Assembly (NCBI GenBank): GCA_028534125.1
Contig: CM052816.1
Span: 28,708,001-28,772,000 of the forward strand
Direction of reading: 5' to 3'
Source: Lama glama
Lineage: Eukaryota
Length of the DNA stretch: 64,000 bases
The first letter of the stretch is position 1. The number at the start of each line of letters is the position of its first letter. Below the pieces are notes generated by a model. The model was not told where the DNA came from, ran no database searches, and worked only from the letters and a program-made list of their open reading frames with translations. This document shows, in pieces, positions 24,900-39,481 of the stretch. Made by a program: the position numbers and the translations under genes.

Positions 24900-26760
24900 T
24901 AGAAAATTCATAGATTCGTAAGAAATTATTTTGCTTACCTCTATGCAATAAAATTAAAAACCTGAAAGAAATAAGCAATTTTCAAAAAACACATAATTTA
25001 CCAAAACGAACCAAGAGAACATCATTTAAAAAGACCAATACATAAGCAAGAAAAAAATACTAAATACTAAAAAAAAAAAAATACTAAATACTAATAAACT
25101 CAACGAAATTATGAAGAAAATTCAGTACACTTCTGACAAAAGAAGACTTGAATAGCTTACTGTGTTGTTTGATAAATTTAGCATCATAAATATATTTTTC
25201 CATAGGCTAATTTATAAATGTATGATCTTAATTTTAAACAATCTATTTCTTAAAATACATGGCTGAATCAAAACTGCACATGGAAATTTTCTAAAGTAAA
25301 AAAAAGCCCTGAAATTTATGGAGTAAAAGAGCAATACCAGGTGATTAACACACCTAAATAGTAAAGTATTATAAGCCTCAGTAATTAAAATAGTTTTGTA
25401 TAGGCACAGAAATACAGGGTCCAATAGAACAGAATAGAAATTGCAAAAATATATTTAAACATATTAAGAATTAGTATTTGATAAAGTTATAGCATACCAG
25501 TAATAGTAAAACTGCCTATTCAATAAATAGTTTTGGTACAAAAATAGTGTCATACATCAGGATAAACTTCAAATGGTTCAAACATTTAAATGTAAACAAA
25601 TGAGTCTGTAAAAGTTACCAGGAGAAAAAAGAGAGACAGAAAGGGGGAATTATTTTATATTGTCAATGTGGAAAAAGTCTTTCTGTGACTGAAAATTCAG
25701 GAACCATAAGAAAAAAAAGTTACCACCACCACCACCACCACCACCACCAACAAAAACAATACATGGCAAAAATCACCATACAGACCATAAATGATAAACT
25801 GGGAAAAACACATGCAAGTCACATCACAGTTTATCTCTCAAAGTTATAAAGAATTCCAACAAAGAAACAATAATGAAAAAAACAGATAAATAGGCAAAGA
25901 AGATGAATAGAGTTTTTTTTGAGAAAATTTTAAAACCTGCAAATGGCTCTTAAACATATGAAAACACAATGATTTCACTCACAATAATAGAAACTCAAAA
26001 CATAAAAAGAGGGCTCACTTCTGTAGCACATGCACCAAGAATTGAAGTGACATGGGGAAAATAATCACATTTCCTATGCAAGGATGACATGCAAATTCAT
26101 GAAGCATTCCACATTAAAACAGAGATGCCATTTTTAAGCATTAGCTTGACAAAACGGCAAGAGTTTTAAAACACACTTGTTTTAAAGGGTTTAAAACTCT
26201 CTTTCATTGCTTATGAAAGTGTGAATTGTTATAATCTCTATGGATGGCAATTTTGAAGTATCTGTTCAAAATCATAAGACATATACTCTGTGAGCAACCA
26301 AGAATTATTTCTTACACATATGTTCATATACATAGAAAATGATGCATACAAGGTTATTAATTGTGACATAGATTGCAATAGCATAGTTTAGAAAGAAGCT
26401 AATTATCCATCAACTAGGGGCTCTTTCAATAAATTACAGTGTATCTACACAATGGAATAGGATATACTGCATATGTTGGTCTGGGGAAAATGTCAAGACA
26501 TATTTTTTAAGTAAAAAACACAAATGTAGACGTGTGCAGAGTATGACACCACTGCTGTAAAACATAGGGAAATAATGTATTCACGTTTGTTTTTGTATAC
26601 ATAAGACTTGTCTGAAAATACACAAAAAGCTAACACAATAATATCTATTTAACAGTGTACTGGGACCTAGGCAAAGGGAAGCAGGGTTGGAGGGAGACAT
26701 TGCCTTGTGTGACTTTTTATCCTCTTTGATGTTTGAAACTTGTGAATTTTATTTAAAGCA
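24900..26760 (+). mobile_element. Old LINE-1 ORF2/3' fragments (L1ME-like)
   Basis: ATAAGCCTCAGTAATTAAAATAG...CAATAGAACAGAATAGAAA, AAATGGCTCTTAAACATATGAAA and CTACACAATGGAATAG. Confidence 0.75.
26011..26115 (+). pseudogene. RNU6: Diverged full-length U6 snRNA pseudogene
   Basis: GGGCTCACTTCTGTAGCACAT...TGCAAGGATGACATGCAAATTCATGAAGCATTCCACATT aligns end to end with U6 (GTGCTCGCTTCGGCAGCACAT...CGCAAGGATGACACGCAAATTCGTGAAGCGTTCCATATTT). Many changes are CpG transitions and the ACAGAGA box is destroyed. Confidence 0.88.
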
Positions 26761-27179
26761 TAAAGCACTTAAGGAAGACTGTTAAGTAATGAAGAGAAAA
26801 GGATGTCCTTGTTCTGGGTGATGAGAACATTCTTTAATCTTACTGGTAATAGTCATTATAGTCACTATAGACGCTGATGAACAATTGTTTGTGTACCAGG
26901 GAAAGGTTATGATTCTGCAGAGGTTCTAATCTTGCTAAAACTGATGGACCTGTCACTGGGTACTTATCAAGAAGAGATGTCAAAGGCTTGATGAGAAAGT
27001 CTCTTACTGGACCATAATACTATCTATTATAGTTGAAATTAACAACAGGCTCATTATTTAATGTGTCTCCTTAAAAATGATAAGATGATATCTCCCCATC
27101 TAACAGAATAATACTGCAGTGCATGCATCCTTTTACTCATATGAAGACTGTGCATAAAGTACACTGTTGGATTTTGAAG

Positions 27180-27800
27180 CCAACTCAATGGCCTCTGCTT
27201 TCAATGAGCTTTCTACAAGGGCAAATGAGTCAATATAAATACACATAAATAGAAAAATGCATGGGTTTTAAAATGCAAAAGATTATGTGAGAAATAAAGT
27301 GCCATGGGTTTTAGAAGAGCCAGAGACAACCCTCAGCAGAAGAACAGGAAGGGAAAATTCAAGGGAAGTCTGGCACTGAAGTGAGCAGAGAGCATCTTCA
27401 AGAGGATCTGTAAGCCAAACAGTATTCCATGAAGGGAATTCCAGGAAGGGAAAAGGAGGACAGGGAGTGGGAAGAAGAAGCAGGTCAATCTGGTTCAAGA
27501 ACACATTATTTGAAAAGTGGAATCACTGAGCCCAGATGAAGACTGAATTAAAGGCTAAAGAGTTTGGAATTTACATTCTGAAGGCTGGGAAGGCTTAATG
27601 TGTAGGAGAATGGGAATAAGAGCATTCAAAAAGCCCCTTAGCAGGTCTGACTTGACAAAAGGCTTGCAGGATGGGCTGGAGGAAAGAGCTGATCATGGGG
27701 GAAAAGAACAAGTAAGAAACTACCAGAGAAGTCCAAGTGAGACATCAGAATTATCACATGGAGAATGGAAGGGAATAGATGAATGGCATCATGTGGAGGT
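27180..27800 (-). mobile_element. LINE-2 fragment
   Basis: AGGCTAAAGAGTTTGGAATTTACATTCTGAAGGC and a similar purine-rich L2 pattern. Confidence 0.6.
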
Positions 27801-28381
27801 GTAGGGAAATAAAAAGGAATCAGTAAATATCTACTGTATGAATGGATGATTAAATGAATGAATAAATGAATGAATGAAGCCAGACAGATGGAAGCAACAA
27901 GGAAGGAACTAATTTTTATTTCTATTTCTGACTCAAGTTATTAGTCAAGCCTGTATATAGTTCTTTCTCCAGAGTCTTTCCTCCCTGCCAGGCACCATCA
28001 TAGGAAACGCAGATTCAATAGCCTGTTACTGGAAGGGGAAGGGAGAACCCTGGCTTTTCTCCCAAGCTTCTGCTCTTTCTGGTAGTTTCTCTGATCAGTG
28101 GGGCGAGGCTGAAATGCATTGCAGAAGGGCTGCATCTTCACAGGTGTGCATACTGTAAATTCTTAGTCACTTAGAAGGGATTTGGTCTTATTATTTTTCT
28201 TGTAGCCACCTACTACTAATGACTGGATACATAGGTTAGACCCAACCAGGAAAGGATGGGTGACACTCTGATTCCTTTGTGACTACAGGATTTAATTCTG
28301 GATGGCCTTCACAAATGAGTGGAAAAACAGATGTCTGAGGATGCAAGGGAGGAAAAAAGGATGTAAAGAAGGAAGCAAGGC

Positions 28382-28545
28382 AAAGAGGAAGGATAAGAGA
28401 TAAAGAGTAAGGAAGGAAAAGAGAAAAAAAAAGAATTAAGCAAAGAAGGAAAGAGGGGAAGGAAAAGAGGAAGGATAAGAGACAAAGAGTAAGGAAGAAA
28501 AAGAAAAAAAAAGAATTAAGCAAAGGAGGAAAGAGGGGAAGGAAA
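28382..28545. repeat. ~82-bp purine-rich tandem duplication
   Basis: AAAGAGGAAGGATAAGAGA...GAATTAAGCAAAG...GAGGGGAAGGA starts at 28382 and again at 28464. Confidence 0.9.
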
Positions 28546-31500
28546 AAGGAAGAAATGAATACAAAGAAGGAAAGAAGGAAGAAGAAACTAATTGTTTTTT
28601 GAAACTTTTCTGTTGGAATATTTACATTTACCCCCTTCAGTCAAACAAAATAAATGGTATAATTTTTAATTTTATGGATGAATCCCCTGGATGATGATGA
28701 CGATGATCTCAAGCCTTCTTATAAAGTCACTTCCTTGGACAGAAGGTCACGGTGGAATAAAATTGCTTATGACAAGGAAGTGCAATTATTGTGAGGACTG
28801 TTGGGGAAAAGTCTAATAAGATAATTTATGCTTCCTTTTTAATTCAACTGATATTCTATGGGGAACTGCACTTTTAGCAGTCATTGTCACATCCAGTTTC
28901 TATGGAAATTTTAGGCTGCTGCCATTGGATAAAGTCAGTGGTGCCATGGGAACAACATCTTTGATAATGGCAAGTTTTTTCCCTCGAGGTGTGACTTGCT
29001 TTTTTCCTGAGATGTGACACAACCCACTGACAACTTAAAAATTCCTCCATAGATACATACAAGATACACTATTCATGCTGCAGTTCTCAAAATTCTGTAA
29101 ACCAAGTAATGATTTTTCAATTAAAGGATGAAGAGAAAGAAATCACATAATAATCAATATGAGGCAGAGACTGTCTTAACCTAAAGTCAGCATTAAAACT
29201 ACACCTAATGTACAGATGTGTTCCTTATGTGGACTTTCCTCCCTTAAATATATGACACGTTCTAGTCAGTCAAAGAAGCCTTCCGTCCCTCTCCACACTT
29301 TTCCACACTTGCCACTCCACCCTACAGTCAATTCCACAGTGTTAAGAATCATGGCAAGCTTCAGTAATCTTAGCCTTGAGTTTGCAACTAGCCTTGGCTT
29401 GGAGGGGTCACCAGCAGATGGAAAACTTATGTAAGTGGAACGAGAAGTATTTCCTTATTAAAATATGTCTTGTATAACTTCAACAAGTTACTTTCATTCT
29501 AAGTAACAAGATATTTTCATTCTAAGTAAATGTTTTAAGATTATTTAACAATGTATTATGTGTTTTATGAGCATGGTTAATATGCTAATTCTGGAATATC
29601 TGAAAGTTGATTCCATGATGATGTAAGAAATCCTGGGGTTTTCATAGCAAATGTTCTAGTCTATAAACATTCTCAATAAAAGGAGGAGGAAGAAGGAGCC
29701 AAGGAGACTGGATGCAATGGCCTCTAAGGCAAAGTGGAGTCCTACGTCTTCCAGGTTCCTGCTGTCTCCTCATGTCTTCATTTTTCCTGGGAGGCGAGAT
29801 TTTTTGTGTCAATCTAGTATCAACAGAACAGGCTAGGATACATGTTTTGGAACAATGCACAGTAAAGCGCTGCTTTAACCTACATGCTAAATTTACTCGT
29901 TTTGGGGGATGGTGGGTATTAATGGGTATTTCAGAAAAGCTACAGCCCTTCAAGCCATCCCTGAGTCCAGCTACTGCTTCACTGACCACCACTCTTCCAT
30001 TTCATAAGGTGGATCTCAGCTCCATTTCAATCTGATTTTTAAAAAATTACAAATGAACTGTGAATTGTTTAACTTTTCTCACATATGATACAAATGAAAA
30101 AAAGAGATGAGTTAAATTAACCTTCTGTTTAGATAACAAGACTATTTATGTTTTATTACTGGGACCAGCAGAGCTCTCAGCATGCTATAGATTTACCTGC
30201 ATGGTTATTTTATTGCCTGCCTGTCCGAGGATTCTACTCCTGTTAGATTCTTCCACTGTGAAGAAGTTTGAGGGGATAGAACTCTTTGGGGCAATCTGTT
30301 AAAGTGTGATGATCTCTTCTATTATTCTAACTATTGGTACAGGAGATAGCTACCCAAAGGTGAATGTGCTTCCTTGATGGGGGCCAGCTGTTCCACTCCA
30401 GACAGTCCTTAATAATAGAGACCAGGTTATCACAGTCAGGCAAGTGGTAGGATTCACATGGACTAAGGAAAATTATATATCAGTAAAGGTATTCAGATGT
30501 AAACACCAAAAATCACTGATCCCTAGACTTCTCCATCAAGTGCTCTAGCTGTGTTAACAGAAAAATTGTTCTTAACTAACATTCTGCTTATTCTTAGACC
30601 TATATTGTTGGCTCTGTCCTTTTAGAGTTATGCATAAATTGGAGTTTTATTCTAAAAACCTGTCCCAATTTTTGTCAGAAGATAAAATTATATTTGTTAC
30701 TTGACACACTAGCATATGTGCCCTGGAGTTTTGGCGATGCCAGGGTAGAAATACAGTTTCGTGTCTCTTTCAGCTCTACTCATTGTCCCTGCTCTACCAT
30801 AAGCCCATATATCTTCTTTGGATTTCTTTTGTCTCCAAAGGGCATAAGCAGTATGTATAGCCCAATTAAAAGATCTTTCTCAATCCCTATCTAAGAGAGG
30901 GACAAACATGAATGAACAAGACCAGGAAACAATCTGCCTCCAACTGCTGCCCAGAATTTAAACCATAATACCTTGAGATGTTGCTTCATCAAAGCCGCCT
31001 TGGCCTTGACATGTAAGGCTCCCTGGGCAGTAGTCTTGGGTGGATAAAAAGGCTAATCACGCTGCACTTTTGGAAAGAAAAATGGGAGCTGTATGTAGTG
31101 CCAGTCCATGTATCATCACTATTTTTAGGACAAGTGAAATGTCAAGGCTAAAATACCCTCCAGCTATCTATAAAATAATGTAAGCCAGGTACACAGTCAC
31201 GGCAGAGTTTTGAAATATTATTCAATTGGTTTTCCCCATCAGGAAAAACCAAAAAAAAATCTATTTTCTCTGTTCCACATTTATCAAAAAGGGTACTGAA
31301 TTAAAAGTAAAAATACGGCAACAGCCTGGTATCCTGTCAAATTTAATCTGTGTGCAGCAGTTCAATCCAGCTGACAAAAAAATGCATTGTACTGAAATTG
31401 GAAGGCTACTTCAGTAAGATACTTGATTTTTCTTTCTTTTCGACTATTATTTTGCTCTGTACACTTGCTTTCTTGAAACAACAAGAGAGTTTTTAATGTT

Positions 31501-34500
31501 TTGTTATTGCTCATCTTGGAAATTAATTCTTCTGTTGTTTGCAAAATGGAGAGCTACTATAGATTAAAGACATTCTCTTTTATTTAAATTTTTCCTATTT
31601 TAATTAACTTTTAAAAGATTTACATTCACATGTAGTATATAAAATTATAGAAATATAAAGGCATAGATATTTACGGTATGAACTGCTTTTGATAAACTAA
31701 TTGAACCCCAAATGTTAATAGTTATTGCTTTAACAGGTGGCAGAATTATAAATAATATTTCTACTTCTTTACCTATGAGCCATGGTTAAGTCATTATATT
31801 TATTTTAATGTTATTTTAATCAATGAAGAAGGTACAGGTTTATTGCTGTCAACACACACTTTGAACAATGGTAATGCTCTATTATTTGAAGTTATTTATT
31901 TTTTTCAATCAACATTTAATGAATATGGGTCCATGATATGAGCTACTTATACAGGTTTTGAGAACACAGTGAGAAACAATACATACTCTATCTCCACTCA
32001 ACTCATAATCTATTTGCATTAGCATAATTTTTTGATGAAGACTTTTATAAAGGCTGTCGTACAGTTTTTAAAAAGTCATTTAAAGCCATTAGAAATTGGC
32101 ACCAAAGATAAAGACTTTAGCACACATCTGTTTACACATATACAAACAAATGATACAAAGAGCTTGATCTTTATACTGATTGAGGGGAAAAAAATCCCCA
32201 AAAGATGTCCACAACATATCAATGATATTCATATAACTGCTACACTTACCGATCTAGCATTAAAAGGACAAAACCTTGCTAAGCTAGACAACTTACTTAT
32301 TACTTCTACTTTCAAACACACCATGTTCATCAGAGTCAGTTAGTAGGTCAAGCTTTCAATTCCAAGAATTACAGAAAAGAAAGCAAATAATGGGGATGGT
32401 TTCTTGCTCTTCCTTGTTTTTCATCACTGTGAGCTCCCTACCCTCCCTCTTTCATGATCTGGTGCTAATAGTCATGACTTTGACTTTGGAAAAGTCATAT
32501 TTATGAACAGTATTGCAAAGTAAAAACAGATCTTTCCAACTGTGACCTCTGAGAATAATCAACAACTACATTCCACGTGAAAAAAATATACAGACATGGA
32601 TGTCAGAAAATAATCATGTAAATGAGGGCACCCAGATAAATTCACAAGGTTCATTTGCTTCTTCCACATGACCATGGAGTTCTCCTCATTCCAGAAGTGA
32701 TGACTTCTCAATTAAAAAAACAGAAAGTGTTCAGTTGGAAGGAACCTTAGAATTTTATCCAGTGCACATTTGCTGGTGTTGCAATGAGGAAACTAGAATC
32801 TAGACTGATTAATCTCAGAGCTGGCAAAGCTCTCCTGGCCTCTACTGTGATGCTGTTCCAGTAGACTTCATTTGTGACATCTGTGAAATGCAAAGGCATG
32901 TTTACCATGAACGTGTGGAAACTTACATTGCAAGTTCCCTCACTGGACTGGGCCTCCCTCTAAAGACTGGGGAGAGAGGCCTAACAATTCTGATTAGTGA
33001 ATTTGTAAAACTGTATTACAGAGTGTTCCTCCAAATTGTACAAAGTTCAGATTCCACAAAATCTGGATCCTCTCCTGCTAATATAACACAGAGTTTCATA
33101 TTGTTGTAGCTTAATAACTCTTTATTGGGGTTGACTGGAGGGAAATTAAGGCAAAGCTGGAGGCAAAGTTTCAGCCAATCTTGATCAGTAGGGACTTTCC
33201 TTTCATAAAATATCAATTTCAAGGCATTCTTAATACTTATCAAAGATTCTTTTTGTTTTATAGGAACCCATTTTTTACCATCAGTTTTTTTAAACCTATG
33301 TAATATCAAAATACCTTCAGAATTCATATATTTGCTGATTAAATAAAAACAGCAATTTTAATATGTGAGGTAAAATATGTAGATGATGAACATGTATTTC
33401 AAGACTAAAAGTTTGTCTCATATTAATGATTTTTAAAATCATTCTAAAACAAAATTTTCACTTATGTACAACAGAGAAAAATTGCAAAGATAGTAGTTCT
33501 TCCTGTTTTTTTTCATTTTCTGGAGTTTCTCATTGTTCATTGTTTACACAGGAGAGAATCTAGAGCTTTTGTTAATAAGGTAATCCTGAAATATCATTCT
33601 ACAACCAAGAAGAGAATATTTCTTTTCTCAACTGCCTATACTTAACATTTAATTTTGGTTCCATGATTGATAGCATGACTTAATAATGAAATACATCAAC
33701 ACTGAGCATATTATGGAATGAGCAGAGTATAATATCAATAAAGACAAAAACAAAAAATGTCTTAGGGCTGGCATACAAAAAAAAATGTGTATTTCTGAAG
33801 CCATGACCTACAAATCTACAAATACAGAAGATGTCCTGACCATTTGAGGAAGGAAAGAATAATAATAATTATACTAATTATTCATGACAGGTTATAAAGG
33901 ATTTTTAATTGAGGAAATTATTGGGCCTTTGTTTAAGAAGTTTTTCTAGCCCTTTGAGAGTTTGGAAAATACACTGTATTTTAAGCAACATAAATCAATT
34001 ACTATAATTAGATATTACCAAGTTATCCAACCTCTAATGGCAGGGTTCTAGAGAAATACATTTAGATGGCTATTTAATGAAAATAATATTTTAGGGGAAA
34101 AACCACACTTATCTGAGGTGAAAAAATCTATTACATTCCAAAACAAATCCAATATAGTCTTTGGGAAAAAATTCAATTCACTTGTCTGCAGTCACCCATT
34201 CCATAACAAAAGTAGATTAGAAGAGAGAACTTTTCAGGAACAGTTTTCACAGCACTCTAAGATTTTTAAAATATGTTAATAAATATTCTTGGGGTAGGGG
34301 GTAAGAGTCTATGACCATTTATTTGGGAAAATTTTTAACATCCAGAATTCCTTCTTAGTGAATTCTATAAAAGAATCAAAATTTTTGCAGTTAAAAAAAA
34401 CCTTTTTGCTTTCTTTAATCTAGGATTTCTCAAACATTTTTACCCTAGATTTTGGTTTCTTTGAATACTTTTTAATGTAGTAGTGGTGGTATTCTCTCTA

Positions 34501-35300
34501 ACAAAACTCAAGAAAAAATTGGAGGATCTCAAAAATTCTTGTTAAGTTTCATGAAGTAGATTCTTAATAAATACCTGTTTCATGAAAAAAATCAAAGGCA
34601 AATATGTTGTTACAAACCAGCTTTAACAATGTGAAATTGTTTATTTCATTTATTCTGTTCTCTGTGTTTACCTGGCAAAGTGTTGATGACATGAATAAAC
34701 TACATTTTTCTATTATTTGACAAAGATATTGAACTTTTATATTGTTTGTAACAAACATGCACAATCAATGCTAATTAAATATTCTGAAGGTAATATTAAC
34801 TAAAAGAATATGAATACTAAATTTGTCTAAAACCAGGAATATTTTGGCTACAATACTCACAGGCACATTCTCCAATTCTAAAATGATGGATTGTCTAATC
34901 CTATCCTCAACTATTTGAAATTTCTCCAAACAATCAAGCCAGTATTCTAACAGGTATATATCCTCACTTTAGAGCCAGATTTGAAGTTATTATGAACATT
35001 TATCTCAGAGTTTAGAACTATCATTTCAAAAAAATTAATCCAAATTTTAAGAATTAAATTCTACTTGTATTGGACTCTCTGGTGAAAATAAACTACCCAT
35101 TTCTCTCAAGCTTTTGCTCTTGATTTTGATCTATTTAAAATAAAAAGAGGGAGTGAGAGAAATTGCCAGTGTCATGAAATCTGCCTTTGACATTGAACAG
35201 CTCACTTAAATGCTGCAGAATTGATAGTTCTGAATTGGATGCAGAATGTGATCATAATAGTGTAGGGTTGTAACATTTTCAAGCAGCTCAGATCTCAGGC

Positions 35301-35302
35301 TT

Positions 35303-35353
<51 letters not shown>

Positions 35354-35355
35354 TT
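35301..35355. repeat. (TTTA)n microsatellite
   Basis: Read directly from the sequence. Confidence 0.97.
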
Positions 35356-36479
35356 AAATGAACTATTTTAACAGTCTGTAAGTCAGATAGAATTTTTTTT
35401 TAACAGATTGGGAGACTGAAGCTTAGGAAGTTCTTTGAGACCCACTATGGGTAAAGAAAGCAACCACCCTGTAATAAGTTAAAGAATAAAATACTTTTGG
35501 TGATAAAAATACCAACTCTGACTATAAATTAAAATAGAGACTTTAGAACAGTCCATTTAACTTAGAATGAGATATACATTTTATGCTTGGTTGAACAGGC
35601 ATACATGCTATAAAAACTGGTCCCTCTGAATTTTAGAGAAATACTGAATCAATGCCTGTATCCAGCAGATAACAGTTGCCATTTAATGAGAGCTAACTAT
35701 ACTCTAGGTATGGTGATATGATAAAAACCTTCTAAATAGGTACTGCTTTATCATCATCCCTATTTTATAAGTTGAGGAGAGATACATTCAGTTTGGTTAA
35801 GTAATTTCAAATTTTAAAAGTCAGTAAATGCCAAAGAATGACATTTTCTAATGCTGGAGCTCAGATCACATGACCTACTGCAGTATGGTGCACACTATGA
35901 AAAACGTGGGGGTAGTGGGGGAGGGGACAGAAAAATGAGACTGAATGGACTACCATGGCTATGGGGTTGATGGTCTGTTCATTTATGGTCTGTCACACAT
36001 AACTTTGTAGATAGGAGAAGCTAGTTAGATTTCACAGGCCTAGGAGTTAAGTCTACCCAGGTCATTCAGAGCCCACGGTAGGACCAGGCCAAAGAAGTTC
36101 TCCAGCTCTTTCCTGAAACCTACCTCTGGATAATTCTGGTTGGGGATGAAGACAATGAGCCTCTTCTCCACAGGCCAGTTAGTGGCTGTCTAGGCAGTAA
36201 AATGCACACTAAAGCTATCCCTGATGCCATCTCTAGCTGAGCTGTACCAAAGACCACTCTCAGCTGGATGAGTAACATATTCAGGAGGCTGAAATAGAGG
36301 TGGGGCAAATGAAACCTATGCCTGGAGAAACATCTGACTACCTAAGAAACTCCAGATATAGTGAAGAGCTTAGATATCATCTGTCCCTGACTGGGTGGCC
36401 TGAAGTCAATATATGTATATAAATATGTATATATATTTAATGGTTTAACAAATACATGTTGGATAGAGTCTTGAGGATT

Positions 36480-36665
36480 TCTACAAATATTAACTCACTT
36501 ATTTTAAACTTCATAATCATCCTATCAAGGAGAAACTATTATTATCCTCACTAATTAAGTAACATCTCCAAAGCTTCTAAGCTGGTAAGTGGCAGAGCCA
36601 GAATTCTAATTCCGGTAGACTGGTTCCAATCTGTATTCTTAACCACCATGCAACCCTGCCTCCTA
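36480..36665 (-). mobile_element. MIR SINE
   Basis: AAGTAACATCTCCAAAG...GCTGGTAAGTGGCAGAGCCAGAATTC...CTTAACCACCATGC. Confidence 0.75.
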
Positions 36666-36949
36666 TTGCCTCAGAAGTATCAACCCAGTGATGGTCCTGG
36701 AAGATTGACTGGTCTAGAAACACAACAGCAAGTCCATACAACACACACCAGACTCACTACACTAATGACCCAAGCAGACTAATTATTCTAGATACTGACT
36801 CCTTCACATCAATTAGGATGTTACTTTAGGTATGTATTTTGAACAAATGCATTAGCATGGGCTGAAAATAAAAGTCCTGATATAAGCAAGCTGTATCCAA
36901 TTCCTGAGGAGGGTGAAAATAAAACCACAGAGATGATCAGAGAAACAAT

Positions 36950-37140
36950 AACCATAGAGGGTAAGAAGCATGGACTTGGAGCCAGATTACCTGAGTTCAG
37001 ATTCCACTTCCACCACTCACTGTGTAGCCTTACAAGTTACTTTGACTTGAATATTTGATACCTCATCTTTAATTGGGGGTTAGAAATCATACCTATTTGG
37101 GCTCTTGTGAGGATTAAATGTAAAACATTTATAATGGAGT
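36950..37140 (+). mobile_element. MIR SINE
   Basis: GCATGGACTTGGAGCCAGATTACCTGAGTTCAGATTCC...TTGTGAGGATTAAATG. Confidence 0.8.
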
Positions 37141-37389
37141 AAAAGACTTACTAAGGATTAAATAAAGATGGGCTACTCTGAACCTATTTCCACACCAGAG
37201 AATGAGCAGAACCTGGGCAGTGCAAGAAGAGAAACAGGGGCCTCATCATCACCTAGATGCTTTCTCAGACATACTGGGCCAAATGATATTACCAGTTCCT
37301 TAGTGAGAAGCAACTGGAACTCAACACCTGTACTCTGTTTTATGCCTCTTTGAGAGTGTTGATTAAAGGTATGTCCATGATGGTTGCTC

Positions 37390-37924
37390 TCAAGTATTTT
37401 TTGTCATCTAGAGTGATTCCAGAATATGGCCAGACATTTCTCCCAAGTCAGTATGTATACTCTGTGCTATGTGATCTTGCCTCTCCCATTGGAAGAGAAG
37501 TCTATTTCTCCACTCTCTCAATCTGGGCTGACATTTGTCTGACAGAATGAAGCAGATGTGAGGTATAACACTTTCAAAGCTAGATCTTAAGAAGATGTGC
37601 AGCATTCTGTTCTTTCTGAATTAGCATGCTGTCCTGAGACTACCATGAAAAAAAGCCAAGCCAGCCCACCAGAGGATGAGCCCACGTGAAGAAGAATGAA
37701 GGGCCTTAGCCGACAGCATGTCAGGCGCACTTGTCAGACATGTAAGTGATGATGTCTTTCCTTCCAACCCAACCCAGCTCACCCTGTAGCTAAATGCAGC
37801 TGCATGAATGAGCCCAAGAAAAGCCAGCGGAAGAACCAATAAGAATTTTGGAAAATAATAATGTATTGTCTTAAGCCACTAAGTTGTGTGGGGGATTTCG
37901 CTCCGCAATAAATAATCTAAATAG
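37390..37924 (+). mobile_element. MaLR solo LTR (MLT1F/G/H-like)
   Basis: CCATTGGAAGAGAAGTCTATTTCTCCACTC...CAGCTGCATGAATGAGCCCA...TTAAGCCACTAAGTTG. Confidence 0.8.
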
Positions 37925-39481
37925 CACCTTCATGAAAGTCCTGAATTAAAGAATGTTTTTAGAATTTCCTATGTTATTTCTAAGACTGGGCAGACTCCAC
38001 ATACTAAAAGAATCAAGCTTTTGGCATCCAGATGAGGCATAACAGACAGACATTTTGAGGAATATTGTCTTTGCCAGGTTTATTTCAGTCTGATTTGATG
38101 CTCTGGTAACCACCACTTCCCTCTGAGATGCAGGAAGGCAATTTTTCTGCATAGGGTATTAGACGTCTAGAAATATTTATAAATAGAGCATAGATGAGAC
38201 CACATGCCTGGGAGCTAAATGATCTAAAATCAATTCCTAATTTACAAGCAAGTGACCTTAGAAAGTATACTACGTAAGTGCTAAAAGTATTATAAATGCA
38301 TATATATGTGTGTGTCCTACACATTGAATAAACAAGACTCCGAGTGTACAATCACAAAACAGCCTAATTTTTATCTACCACTGTTCCTTTCAACATTCTT
38401 TTGCAGGAAATTCTTTCCTTCTCATGCATAAAATTAAATTATCAAACCCGTATCCTATTTTTTCAGGGTACCTAACTAAGACATAAAGCTACCAAACTGT
38501 TAGAAAAGAAAATGTAGTCTTATACAATTAAAAAGAGAAAGCAAGGAAACAAGGTAATATTTAAAATATAGCCTATAGAATTAGACTATAGAAGGAAGAA
38601 CAAAAAATCATAATAATTAATAATGCTTTTAAGTCCTTTATTTAAAGAGAAGGCTTGTCAGATTGGATTCACAAATAACTAACACAGGACTACATACTTT
38701 TATGAAATATTAATGCCAGGTGATACACAAAGTTTTTTAAAAATAAGTATTAGTCATGATATTCCAGATTGATAATGGTCAATATATCAAAATTTAAAAA
38801 AACCTAAATATGCAGCAAAAATTACTGTCTAGTGTATAGGTTTTCTTTTTAAGAAGGAGACAATACAAAATAAAACTTTTACACATTTATCTAGAGGCAA
38901 TGAAATGTAAAGAGCAAAGATTTTTAGACAGGCAGAAAAACACTTCCAAGCCTCTCTGTCTTCTCAAAATCAGAGCCAAAGTACTAAAAATATAAAGCAT
39001 TATATCAGTATCTGTTCTTTTATGGCATTGCTCTTGGCAATAGGGAGATAGACTCTATGATTTATCTCTTCTCTAAGTGTCCAAGGGCTTATTGTCTCAT
39101 ACGAGGAGACAGCTCACATATTCATGGGATAGTTGAGGAACAGTGACATTCTGGTTTGAATTAATCGATATAAACACTGAGAGCTGTGAGAGCTCCAGTA
39201 GAAGCAGACCACTGTAGGAGGGAGCAGAAAAACAAAACAAAGCATCATAAGGAGGAGGGGTAAATGAATTAAAACTTGGTTTTGAAGGGGAATGATGAGA
39301 AGTGTATATTGGGGCAGTGGTTGTGGGAGGTGGGATATATTTGAAATAAAACAGGTTTCTGTTTGGGGGTCATTGTTTTTCATTGTGCTTACTGAGTGAA
39401 TGGATGAATAACTCAGAAGTCTGCCTATGAGACAAGAAGGAACGGGGCAGGGCACAACCATTAAAAAAGTAACACAGTGAT

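Noticed and set aside
24303..24978. Longest ORFs in the track (180 aa Ser/Pro, 213 aa Phe/Ser, 85 aa Glu/Lys)
   Set aside because: They are translations of the GAA/GGA simple repeat, which has no stop codons.
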